Shown one piece after another: positions 51,122-60,612 of a stretch of 64,000 nt of DNA; positions within the stretch are counted from its first letter, which is position 1, and each line of letters begins with the position of its first letter. Below the pieces are notes generated by a model. The model searched no databases. It was not told where the DNA came from and saw only the letters and a program-made list of their open reading frames with translations. The stretch is from an uncultured Candidatus Binatia bacterium (lineage in GTDB: Bacteria > Desulfobacterota > Binatia > UBA9968 > CAXXLF01), in the NCBI GenBank assembly GCA_965218425.1, contig OZ244621.1, forward strand, positions 2,976,001 through 3,040,000, read 5' to 3'. The position numbers were made by a program, and so were the translations under genes.

Positions 51122-51227
51122 CGCCAAGGCGCAAAGAAAAAATTTTTGTTGTTTCCAATCTTGGCGTGCTTTGTGGTTCGACCAGGCTCGCCACCCTGAG
51201 TCCATCGAAGGGCGTCTTTGCCCCTCG
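51122..51227. repeat. REP-like palindrome with a nested 39-bp insert (sister of 41821-41888)
   Basis: CTTGGCGTGCTTTG[TGGTTCGAC..GCTCGCCACCCTGAG..TCGAAGGG]CGTCTTTG; left arm CGCCAAGGCGCAAAG. Confidence 0.7.
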
Positions 51228-51353
51228 ATTCCCCTTGGGGTCCTGAGGCTCTCGAAGGACGCGAGCCGTCTTGTTCCGGATTCGGAACGCCGGTTTAGAG
51301 CTCACAGGTGAATTTACATATAGCTAGGACAGCAAAATGAGGGAGGAAGGTTC

Positions 51354-53513
51354 ATGGCGGTTTTCTTGCAGGTAGAAGAGTGTCCTGCCGCCTATTCGGC
51401 TCAGGGACGTGTGCTTCTGGATCCGGAGATCATGAAAAAAAACGGTATCAAAGCGGACGATGCCGTGGAGGTGGAGACCAACAATGGCCGGAGTGTTCTG
51501 GCGCGGGTGGCCAAGCCACAAGAAGAGGATGAAGGGAAGAAATACATCCGCATGGATCAGTACCTCAGGCATTCCACCAAGAGCCTCTTGGGTGACTGGG
51601 TTTCGGTGGTTCCCATTCAGATGAAGACGGTAAGCAGGGTTACCCTCGCTCCCTTCGTTAATATCTCTGACATCAAAGGGGTCGATGCCTATCTGATCAA
51701 GAATTTTGCCTCTAAGGGATTGCTGGTCAGTGACGGGCAGGTCCTCTACGCGACGTTGCCGGGGCAGAGTCAGGGCACCGCGTTCAAGGTCACTGAGATT
51801 GAGCCGGAAGCCGGCCTGATGACGGCAGAAACAAAACTCGACCTGGACTATGTGTTCTCGTCATGGGGCCAGGTCTCGGATCAGGTCACCTTTGAGGACG
51901 TAGGAGGTCTCCAAAAGGAAATCGGTCTTATACGGGAACTGGTGGAACTCCCGTTGCTCTTTCCGGATGTCTTTCGTCACCTTGGCATCAATCCGCCCCG
52001 TGGAATTATCCTGTACGGTCCGCCGGGGAGCGGCAAGAGCCACACGGCCAGGGCCATTGCCAATGAGATCAATGCAAAGTTTCTTTACATCAATGGTCCC
52101 GATATCGTGAGCTCGGTGTATGGTGAGACGGAATCCAACTTGCGTAAAATTTTTGAGGAGGCGTCCCATCATCTCCCTTCGATCATTTTTATTGACGAGG
52201 TGGACGCCATCGCACCTATGCGGGGGGAAAGCGGCTCGCATTCCGACACCCGGATGGTGGGCCAGCTTTTGGAGTTGATGGACGGCCTTAACCGAGTAGA
52301 GGGGATAATAGTCCTGGGGACCACCAATAGGGTGGAGTCTCTGGACAAGGCCATACGACGTCCCGGCCGATTCGATAGAGAGATCTTCATTGGACCGCCC
52401 GATGCTCAAGGGAGATTGGAGATACTACAGATCCATAGCCGGGGCATGCCGCTTGCCGAAGGAATATTTGAGACCTTGAGGGAGGTGGCACGTGTTACCC
52501 ATGGCTTTGTGGGGGCGGACCTGATGGAGCTGTGTCGTGAGAGCGGGCTGAACTGCCTGAGAAGGATCATGGGGGATCGGCGCCTTTCGCCGGCACGATT
52601 CAAGGTAGGTCTCGACGATCTGGTGGTTACGGGTGAGGATTTTACCAAGGCCGCAGGCCTGATTCGACCCTCTGCCATGCGGGAGACCATCACCAGCATT
52701 CCTGATGTTGGATGGGACGACATCGGCGGATTGGAAGTGGTCAAGAATAAACTTCGCGATCTGGTGGAAAAGCCGCTGGTGGACCCGGAGGCCTTTCGCG
52801 CAACGAATATCCGTCCCCCCACTGGAATTCTCCTCTATGGACCTCCGGGTACAGGGAAGACCCTTCTAGCCAAGGCCATCGCACGGGAGTCGGGGGCGAA
52901 CTTCCTCTATATCCGGGGGCCTGAGGTGTTCAGTAAGTGGCTGGGAGAATCGGAAGAGAGTGTTCGTCACGCCTTTCAGGTGGCCCGGCAGGTGGCCCCA
53001 GCGGTCATTCTATTCGATCAAATCGATGCCATTGCTCCAAGCCGGCGCGCCGACAGTGATACGAAGGCTTCCGAACGGGTCGTCAACCAAATCCTGACCG
53101 AAATGGATTCCATTGATAACTATAGTCGCATTGTCGTGGTGGCGGCATCCAACCGGCTGGATTTGTTGGATCCGGCAATTCTTCGACCTGGACGATTTGG
53201 GGTCCACATTCACGTGCCCCTACCTGAGTTGACCGATCGTAAAGCTATCCTGGAGTCCAAATTGAAGAAGGCTTCGTTCAAGAACAACGATAATCGAAAG
53301 AAGGTTGTCGTTGAAGTGGCAGAAAAAACTGAAGGGTTCTCAGGCGCTGAGCTTGAAGCGCTTTGCAATGAAGCACAGCTCATCTCCCTCAAGGAAAACA
53401 ACTATGCAGGAACAAATAAACTTGAGGTGATTCATTTCCTTCGGGCGCTGGACGATATGGAAAAGGCCCGGGAGATCTACCACGCCGAGAAGAAGGAATT
53501 GTCCCTGAGTTGA
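51354..53513 (+). CDS. Cdc48/VCP-like double-ring AAA+ ATPase
   Basis: N-domain plus D1 (VTFEDVGG, GPPGSGKS, FIDEVD, RRPGRFDRE) and D2 (WDDIGG, GPPGTGKT, LFDQID, LRPGRF). Confidence 0.92.
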   Translation: MAVFLQVEECPAAYSAQGRVLLDPEIMKKNGIKADDAVEVETNNGRSVLARVAKPQEEDEGKKYIRMDQYLRHSTKSLLGDWVSVVPIQMKTVSRVTLAPFVNISDIKGVDAYLIKNFASKGLLVSDGQVLYATLPGQSQGTAFKVTEIEPEAGLMTAETKLDLDYVFSSWGQVSDQVTFEDVGGLQKEIGLIRELVELPLLFPDVFRHLGINPPRGIILYGPPGSGKSHTARAIANEINAKFLYINGPDIVSSVYGETESNLRKIFEEASHHLPSIIFIDEVDAIAPMRGESGSHSDTRMVGQLLELMDGLNRVEGIIVLGTTNRVESLDKAIRRPGRFDREIFIGPPDAQGRLEILQIHSRGMPLAEGIFETLREVARVTHGFVGADLMELCRESGLNCLRRIMGDRRLSPARFKVGLDDLVVTGEDFTKAAGLIRPSAMRETITSIPDVGWDDIGGLEVVKNKLRDLVEKPLVDPEAFRATNIRPPTGILLYGPPGTGKTLLAKAIARESGANFLYIRGPEVFSKWLGESEESVRHAFQVARQVAPAVILFDQIDAIAPSRRADSDTKASERVVNQILTEMDSIDNYSRIVVVAASNRLDLLDPAILRPGRFGVHIHVPLPELTDRKAILESKLKKASFKNNDNRKKVVVEVAEKTEGFSGAELEALCNEAQLISLKENNYAGTNKLEVIHFLRALDDMEKAREIYHAEKKELSLS

Positions 53514-53585
53514 TCAAGCAAAGCGTTGATTTCGGGTGAGTCGGACAGGCCGTATTGATTCATTCCCAGGAAGAAGAGGGGGGAC

Positions 53586-54332
53586 ATGGCGAAACAGTCA
53601 ATAGTGAAGGATTTAAAAGATCGATTAATGGATGGAATCAAGGTGTTAACAGGGGAACAGGTTTTGACCGGCTCGGGGCATCTAAGCGTCAGAATCCCGG
53701 GAACGGATACTTTCTTGATCAACCCCAGGTACGCGGGAATTCTTGCCGACGTCAAGGATATCTGCACGGTCAACATGTCCGGCCAACGAGTTTCGGGTTC
53801 GGAGCCCATCCCCCTGGAAATACCCATTCACGCCGTGGTGTATCGGGCCAGGCATGACGTCATGAGTGTCCTTCACTGTCACGCCCGCTATGCCGTCATG
53901 GTGGGACTGCTGGATTCGGGGCTGGTCCCGTTTCACCGGGAGGCCAGGGCCTTCGAGGCCGGCGTGCCCGTATTTCCCGACAGCAACGGAATCAACAATG
54001 CGGCTCTTGCTCAACGGATGGTGGAGAGCCTGGGGTGGCACTCCGCAGTGTTTCTCAGGGGACATGGGATCGTTGTGACAGGAAAGAGCATAGAAGGGAC
54101 CTGTGTCTCCGCCATTCAGTTGGAGCGGGCCTGTGCGGATCAACTCCTCATGTCGAGTTCCACAACCATCAAGCCCTTAACCGAGGAATACACCACCAAG
54201 GTGCCGGGCAAGGATGAGAATCCCTACCGGGCCTGGCCATTCCTCCTGTATAAACACAAGGTCAGGTCCCGGCAGGCGATCAAATCCACCACGAAGAAAA
54301 TGATCAAAACCTTGTGGCCGGATGAGAGGTAA
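53586..54332 (+). CDS. Class II aldolase/adducin-family metalloenzyme
   Basis: GHLSVR, PLEIPIH, VLHCH, LRGHG. Confidence 0.88.
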   Translation: MAKQSIVKDLKDRLMDGIKVLTGEQVLTGSGHLSVRIPGTDTFLINPRYAGILADVKDICTVNMSGQRVSGSEPIPLEIPIHAVVYRARHDVMSVLHCHARYAVMVGLLDSGLVPFHREARAFEAGVPVFPDSNGINNAALAQRMVESLGWHSAVFLRGHGIVVTGKSIEGTCVSAIQLERACADQLLMSSSTTIKPLTEEYTTKVPGKDENPYRAWPFLLYKHKVRSRQAIKSTTKKMIKTLWPDER

Positions 54333-54463
54333 TCAGATGAGCTGCTTTCTTTCGGCCCGTAAAACACAATTAAAGCGTCGTTTAGTTTCTTTCTGGAATG
54401 AAAACATTTCTTAGGCACCTAATCATTGGGCACCGTTTTGTAGGATAAATACTACAAAACGTA

Positions 54464-54846
54464 TCAACCCAACCTCTTTAATTCCGCTTCCGCCTGCTCC
54501 AACCACAATCCCATTTGCATTGCCCGTATCATTGAGATTGCAGTCGTGAGGTGTCTCTTTGCTTGCTCCGGATTATCTATCCGCCGATACAGTCTTCCCG
54601 GACCGAGATGACACTGGGCCATGGGCGGGCGCGTGCCGAGTTCTTCAGCAAGGGCGAGAGCTTGATGATAGTAGTCTTCAGCTTCCCCCAACACTAGGGG
54701 GATCCATTAGCCCCGCCAGCGGATAGCCCTTGGTGAGCCACGCCATAGGGAGCGAATCGCCTTGAAGTCTCCTGCCGCTCTGACCCACGACCTCCTCTAG
54801 GAGCTCGATAGCCTGGGCGACCCGACCTGAGTTGAGATACAAGGGA
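54464..54846 (-). pseudogene. Fragment of a TPR-rich C-terminus (ATPase/adenylate-cyclase regulator type), frameshifted and cut by the IS
   Basis: AEDYYHQALALAEELGTRPPMAQCHLG...HLTTAISMIRAMQMGLWLEQAEAEL; the upstream piece is in another frame and ends at the IS end. Confidence 0.7.
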
Positions 54847-55954
54847 TGAACTGGATCAAACACATGTGAGACAGATTTAAGCTACAAAGGAGAGGTTTTG
54901 TAAGTATAAAGAAAGGACCCCTCCATGAGCTACTTTGGACTGAACTGGCAATTTAACTGGGCTTGCCGTCATCTCCACACTAACCTCTCGCCCAAAGAGC
55001 GCGATCGACTTAGAGCCCTCCTTCTGTGGCAGGAGACCAAAGACATAAAGCTTACCTACCGCACTTTTGACCTGAGCCGACCCACTGTTTACCTCCGGCT
55101 CCAACGCTTTGATCCCAACGACCTCGGCTCCCTTCGAGAGCGTTCTCGCAAACCGCACCGGTTCACACAGCCCCAATGGCCCCTGGCCCTCAAGCAGGCA
55201 ATACTACGCTTAACAGAGCAATATCCCCGCTGGGGTAAAAACAAACTCGTAGTGCTACTTCAAAACGAAGGCTTTGAGGTCTGTGCTCCTACCGTGGGCC
55301 GTATTCTCAGCTCTGTCAGGCAGCGCGGACAACTCATAGAGCCAAAACCCCAAGCTATCTCCACAAAAAGACGGCGTAAGCTAAGACCCTACGCTATCGG
55401 TAAACCCAAAGACTATCAGCCCCTTTACCCTGGCGACCTGGTTCAAATCGACACCCTCGACATCGGTCCCGTGCCAGGCGTGATCCTCAAACAGTTCACT
55501 GCCCGCGATGTGGTCTCGCGCTGGGACGTACTCAAAGTTCATCGTCAAGCTAGCGCCCCCCTAGCCGCCTCGTTCATCGATACCATCAAGGCTCGTATGC
55601 CCTTTGCCGTACGTGCCTTTCAGGTCGATGGAGGCTCAGAGTTGTTCTCTGACTTTGAGACCCACTGCCAACAACATGGCATCCGGTTGTTCGTCGTGGG
55701 GCCTAAAAGTCCTAAGCTCAATGGTGCTGTGCAACGGGCTAACCGTACTCACACTGAGGAGTTCTATGAGGTCCAACAGTGTGCTTGGACCGTTGAGGCT
55801 CTTAACCAATCAACTGCTCGAATGGGAACGGACCTACAATACGGTACGGCCCCACCAGGCACTTAATTACTTAACTCCCTTGCAATATCTCCAAGACCGA
55901 GGCATCGTATCCTCCAAAAATCCCTCCCTGTCTCATATGTACTGATCCACTACA
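54847..55954 (+). mobile_element. IS481-family-like insertion sequence with a frameshifted transposase (54925-55945)
   Basis: HTH plus integrase core (PGDLVQIDT, QVDGGSE, PKLNGAVQR, YNTVRPHQAL); +1 shift near 55810; imperfect terminal IRs TGAACTGGATCAAACACATGTGAGACAG / TGTAGTGGATCAGTACATATGAGACAG. Confidence 0.85.
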
Positions 55955-55959
55955 GGGGA

Positions 55960-55988
55960 TTGACAACAGCCAACGCACGGGGTATTTT
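55960..55988 (+). promoter_or_regulatory. Sigma70-type promoter just right of the IS end
   Basis: TTGACA-17 nt-TATTTT. Confidence 0.5.
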
Positions 55989-56119
55989 TTCTAGATGCTC
56001 GCTTAGGCAGGCAATAACGTTTCAGTGGATTTCCGTGGGTAGCGACTAGCGCTACGAGCGCTCCAGGGGAAGGACCCGTAGCATCGGCGGCGCACACACC
56101 ACTGAAGAAAGTAAGGCGT

Positions 56120-57226
56120 ATGGGTTGGATAGACTCGGACGCGCACGTAGTGGAGACGACTCAGACGTGGGACTACCTCTCGGCCTCGGAGCAACGGCTC
56201 CGCCCCCTGCCCGTCTTCACCGATCGCGAGAACTCCAAGCAGCGGGCCTGGCTGATCGATGGCAAGATCGGCGGCCTCCACAACGAGCCTCTCTCCGCTG
56301 AGGAGTTTGCGGAGCTCTCTCGTCGCATGTCGGGCAGGCAGATGGCGACGACGAAGGAAACCCGCGAGATGGGGGACGTCGAAGCCCGCGTGGCCCACAT
56401 GAATGAGCTGGGGATTGAGATCCAGGTCGTCTACCCCACCTTCTTTCTGGGCCCTTATGCCGATCGGCCCCAGGTCGAGGTGGCGCTCTGTGGCGCCTAC
56501 AACCGGTGGATGGCGGACGTCTGGAAGCAAGGAAAGGGCCGCATCCGCTGGATGTGTGTGCTGCCCTTCCTGAGCATTTCCGACGCCCTGGACCAAATGC
56601 GGTTCGGAAAAGAGCATGGTGCCTGTGGCATCTTCATGCGGCCCATCGAGGGCCACCGTCGCCCGGTCGATCCCTATTTCTACCCGGTGTACGAGCAAGC
56701 GTCGCAACTTGACCTGTGCATCGGATTCCACCAGTCCAACGGGAGCTATAACATCTTTGATTTCTTCCGTCCGCCCCAAGGGGGCAACGACTTCTTCGTG
56801 CAGTACCGGATGTTCTGCGTAGCAGCCTTCTTCTCCATCGTCAGGGCCGGCTTGCCGGAGCAGTTCCCGCATCTGCGCATGGGGATCATCGAGTGTGCGG
56901 CCTCATGGCTCCCCTGGCTCCTCACGCACCTCCACGGCCTGACGAGCCTTGCGGGTGGCAAGCTGCCCGAGGACCTGCTCAAGGAGTACCGGCTGTTCGT
57001 GACATGCCAGAACGACGACGACGTGCCCTACCTGGTGAACAGCGCCGGAGAGGACAACCTGCTGGTGGGGACGGACTACGGCCACCGGGACTTCTCCACG
57101 CAGATTGACGCGCTGCGGCTGTTGACGGAGAATGGGCGGCTCAGCCCGAGCGCGGTGAACAAGATCGTCGACGACAACGGCAGGACCTTCTATGGCCTGG
57201 AGCAGGTTGCCTCTAGAAGCCCGTGA
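56120..57226 (+). CDS. Amidohydrolase_2 family protein (GC-rich gene)
   Basis: IDSDAHV, AYNRWM, IGFH, IECAASW, GTDYGH. Confidence 0.88.
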   Translation: MGWIDSDAHVVETTQTWDYLSASEQRLRPLPVFTDRENSKQRAWLIDGKIGGLHNEPLSAEEFAELSRRMSGRQMATTKETREMGDVEARVAHMNELGIEIQVVYPTFFLGPYADRPQVEVALCGAYNRWMADVWKQGKGRIRWMCVLPFLSISDALDQMRFGKEHGACGIFMRPIEGHRRPVDPYFYPVYEQASQLDLCIGFHQSNGSYNIFDFFRPPQGGNDFFVQYRMFCVAAFFSIVRAGLPEQFPHLRMGIIECAASWLPWLLTHLHGLTSLAGGKLPEDLLKEYRLFVTCQNDDDVPYLVNSAGEDNLLVGTDYGHRDFSTQIDALRLLTENGRLSPSAVNKIVDDNGRTFYGLEQVASRSP

Positions 57227-57324
57227 GACACCGGCCTTGGCCCTGTCAATGCTGATTGCAGAACAGCACAGTAGTCCCAGCTATCGATAAGGTTTAGGAA
57301 TTCAAGAAAAAAGGAAGGCATGAC

Positions 57325-58506
57325 ATGAATACAGGATGGTCAAAGCGAATAGTGTTTTCTGTGGCAGGCGCAGTCTTGCTTGGTCTTGTGGTTGCATGTT
57401 CGGATGAAGAGTCAGCCACCGGTACTCCTAGTGCCCCGGTTGCTCCCGCCGCTTCCGCATCGAATGAACAGCAAATGTCGCTGCCGCAGTCGGGCCCAGC
57501 GCTCACCCCCGCAATGAAGCAACTCATCAAAGACGCTCAGGCCGAGGGCACCCTCGACATAACGGAGACAATCTTGGGCGAACCTAAGTTCCTGAGCGAC
57601 GTTGAGAAGGCGATGAATACCAAGTACGGCATCAAAATTCGTCTCGAAGCAGGGGCCGGGTCATTCATGGGCGCAATGGTGTCGCGCATCGTTGAGGAAC
57701 GGAAAGCAGGACAACCCCCGTCGTCCGACGTGCTCTACGTGAGCCCTCAATCACAACTCAATTTGAGTAGGGGAGGGGGCGTGGTTACGGGAATCAACTG
57801 GAAGCAGTATGACCCTGCCATCACAGACTTCGAGATTGTTGACGATAGTTCCGGGCTGATATTGTTCGCCGACTCCATTGGGCTCGTCTACAACACAGAG
57901 GTTATCGCACCGAAGGACGTGCCCAAAACCGTGGAGGAGCTGCAGGACCCGAAGTGGAAGGGGCTGGTGACCACGACGCCATACGGCACCGGTTGGGGAG
58001 AATGGGCGTTCTTCGTTGGGCCGGACAAAGCCTTTGAGGTGGCGAGGGGGATAGCCAAGAATGTTGGAGGGACGACTGGGAGCACCGACTTTGGGCCCAT
58101 CATCTCGGGTCAGTTCCCGATAATGGCCTGGACCGGGAGCACACAGAAGGCACTAATGGACAAGGAAAAGGGCGCCCCCATTGACATTGTCCGCCCAGAT
58201 TTCGTGTATTTCCTGTCCTCGGTCGTCGTCATCGATGGAACGCCTCATCCGAACCTGGCGAAGCTCTTCATCCTCTTCCTCCGCACGACAGAGGGTCAAG
58301 ACATCCTTTGGAAACATAACCGCCAAGACTCTCCCTATTTGATGGGGCGTCATATCTGGGCTCAAATCCAGGATGCTCTCGACAACCCGAATGTTCGCAT
58401 CCATTTGGAGACCCAAAGCTCGCTCAAGAAATGGCCAGGGGGCGGCCTGGACGCCTATTTCGGGTTCCGGAAGAAGATCAACAAACTCATGAAGCAAGGG
58501 GGCTAG
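57325..58506 (+). CDS. ABC transporter substrate-binding lipoprotein (Fe3+/thiamine/polyamine class)
   Basis: Lipobox VVAC, Pro/Ala linker, LVYNT, LQDPKWKG, PHPNLAKLF. Confidence 0.85.
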   Translation: MNTGWSKRIVFSVAGAVLLGLVVACSDEESATGTPSAPVAPAASASNEQQMSLPQSGPALTPAMKQLIKDAQAEGTLDITETILGEPKFLSDVEKAMNTKYGIKIRLEAGAGSFMGAMVSRIVEERKAGQPPSSDVLYVSPQSQLNLSRGGGVVTGINWKQYDPAITDFEIVDDSSGLILFADSIGLVYNTEVIAPKDVPKTVEELQDPKWKGLVTTTPYGTGWGEWAFFVGPDKAFEVARGIAKNVGGTTGSTDFGPIISGQFPIMAWTGSTQKALMDKEKGAPIDIVRPDFVYFLSSVVVIDGTPHPNLAKLFILFLRTTEGQDILWKHNRQDSPYLMGRHIWAQIQDALDNPNVRIHLETQSSLKKWPGGGLDAYFGFRKKINKLMKQGG

Positions 58507-58626
58507 AGCGCGGCCCCCCCCTGCTCGTTACCTCGGCAGGGCCGAAATGAAGAGCGGCGATCGAACGCAGTCCATGGGCACTGCATCCCCATCGGCTCAG
58601 GATCCCTGTGTTCTCCATATGATAAA

Positions 58627-60441
58627 TTGGCTAGGGCATCCCGCGCCGGGGCGAGAGATGGAGCGAGGGCGGTGGGCGTAAGTCAACCAGCACATACACG
58701 CTGGTCCCCGCAGAATCTCTCGTGGAATCTCTTGGGAGACTTGGGCAGGCGCGGCCCCATATACCTCCCTGCCTTCGTCACGATAGGGGCAGTGGTGGCC
58801 CTACTTGCCGTCATTGCGATGGTCGCGTTTCAACACCGCGTGGGCGCGACCGGCAAGGAAACGAGCTTCACCCTCGACAACTTCGTCGAAGTCTATACAA
58901 ATTCCTTTGTTTACGAGAGTTTGCTGAACACCGTTGGGTTCGCCCTTATAACGGTGGTGGTCGCGTTGGTTCTCGCAATTCCCATAGCATGGCTTTCAGA
59001 GCGGACGGACCTGCCGGGACGTTCGTTGGTCTTCCCGGTCATGACCATGACGATTATCATCCCTTCGTTCTTCACCGCGATGGGGTGGCAATTCCTCTTT
59101 GGAAACCGGGTCGGCTTCGTTAACCGATGGATTCAGCAGATCACGCCGTTGGAAGTTTCCCCCTTGAACATCAATACGGTGGTCGGTATGGGATGGGTGG
59201 AGGGATTGGGCCTGACCGCGTTGGCCTACATCATGGTTGCCGGTGTCTTCAGGGCCATGGACCCCTCCCTTGAAGAAAGCGCGCAGGTCCACGGCATTTC
59301 GCTGTTTAGGCGCCTCTGGACCGTGACGTTGCCGCTAACGTGGCCAGGCATTCTGGGGGCGGGGTTGTACTGTGTCACTATTGCCTTCGCCGCCTTTGAC
59401 GTTCCCGCAGTACTGGGCCTGACGTCAAACGTCTACACGTTCAGCACCTTCATCTTTACAGAGATAAATGACCCGAGCGGTAAAGTGCCGAACTACGGCC
59501 TCGTTGGCTCGTCCAGCGCAATCATGCTGGTCGCGGCGCTGTTCATGAGCTGGTGGTACCTGAGCGTCATCAGCAAGTCAAACCGTTACGCCGTTGTTAC
59601 AGGCAAGGGCTATCGCCCCAGTCTTATCTCACTGGGGCGCTGGTGGATTGCGGGCTGGGGTTTCATCCTTGTATACACCACCCTGAATCTCGTGCTTCCT
59701 TTCATCACACTCGTGTGGGTGTCGCTTACGCCATTTATCCAGATGCCTTCCATCAGCGCCCTCGAGGCGGTGTCTTTGGACAATTTCCGCGAGATCCCGG
59801 TGAAGGGGGTAATGCGGGCAGCCGGGAACAGCGCCATTTTGGGCATTGCCACGCCGACGCTGACCACGATAGTCGCTCTCACAATCTCTTGGATCGTAGT
59901 TCGAAGCCGCCCACGCTTCGCCCCGGCGATGGATGTGCTGGCGTTCCTGCCGCACGTCGTGCCCAACCTGATCTTCGCGGTGGGCGCATTGCTGTTGGCG
60001 CTGTTGTTCCTACCGAAGTGGACTGGCATTTATGGGAGCGTCAATATTATCTTGTTGGTGTATGTAGTGACGAGGATCAGTTTCGCCACTCGCATTTACA
60101 ACAGCTCCTTGTTGCAAATCCACCGAGACTTAGAAGACGCCGGCTATGTTTTCGGCCTTGACTCCGTGCGGGTGCTGTGGCACATCTTTACACCCTTGAT
60201 TCGCCCGGTGTTAGTGTACATTTGGCTATGGATGGGGCTCATAACACTGCGTGAGCTCACGGTTGCCGTGTTCCTGGCATCGCCCCGGAATGCGACCATT
60301 CCGGCTTACATTTGGAGCGTCTGGGCTACCAGCGACTATAACGGGTCGGCCGCGATGTCATTGGTGTTTGTATTGGGGCTGATTCCTTTGATATTGCTCT
60401 ACTTCCTCGTAACTCGACGTTTCATAACTTCGCCCGGGTAA
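58627..60441 (+). CDS. ABC transporter permease with two fused membrane domains (FbpB/ThiP-like)
   Basis: ERTDLPGR, EAA-like loops DPSLEESAQVHG and HRDLEDAGYVFG; start uncertain. Confidence 0.88.
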   Translation: MARASRAGARDGARAVGVSQPAHTRWSPQNLSWNLLGDLGRRGPIYLPAFVTIGAVVALLAVIAMVAFQHRVGATGKETSFTLDNFVEVYTNSFVYESLLNTVGFALITVVVALVLAIPIAWLSERTDLPGRSLVFPVMTMTIIIPSFFTAMGWQFLFGNRVGFVNRWIQQITPLEVSPLNINTVVGMGWVEGLGLTALAYIMVAGVFRAMDPSLEESAQVHGISLFRRLWTVTLPLTWPGILGAGLYCVTIAFAAFDVPAVLGLTSNVYTFSTFIFTEINDPSGKVPNYGLVGSSSAIMLVAALFMSWWYLSVISKSNRYAVVTGKGYRPSLISLGRWWIAGWGFILVYTTLNLVLPFITLVWVSLTPFIQMPSISALEAVSLDNFREIPVKGVMRAAGNSAILGIATPTLTTIVALTISWIVVRSRPRFAPAMDVLAFLPHVVPNLIFAVGALLLALLFLPKWTGIYGSVNIILLVYVVTRISFATRIYNSSLLQIHRDLEDAGYVFGLDSVRVLWHIFTPLIRPVLVYIWLWMGLITLRELTVAVFLASPRNATIPAYIWSVWATSDYNGSAAMSLVFVLGLIPLILLYFLVTRRFITSPG

Positions 60442-60612
60442 AGCAATGACGGGACTCTGGGACCATCCCTCGGAGGACAGCGTTGTGCTGCCTTCTATGG
60501 TTCTGCGCTGTTGGTTGCTCGCTACTTTGCCTCCATGGGGCGAACGCCACCAGGGGTCCGTCAGCTTGACTTGTAAGTTCCGAAATTCAGAGATTGGATT
60601 GATAACTAGGGT

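Noticed and set aside
55800..55815. Programmed frameshift in the IS481-like transposase
   Set aside because: No slippery heptamer; it looks like a single-base insertion, and the catalytic Glu region reads AVQR, consistent with decay.
56003..56872. 289-aa minus-strand ORF
   Set aside because: Antisense shadow of the GC-rich amidohydrolase gene; no recognisable motifs.
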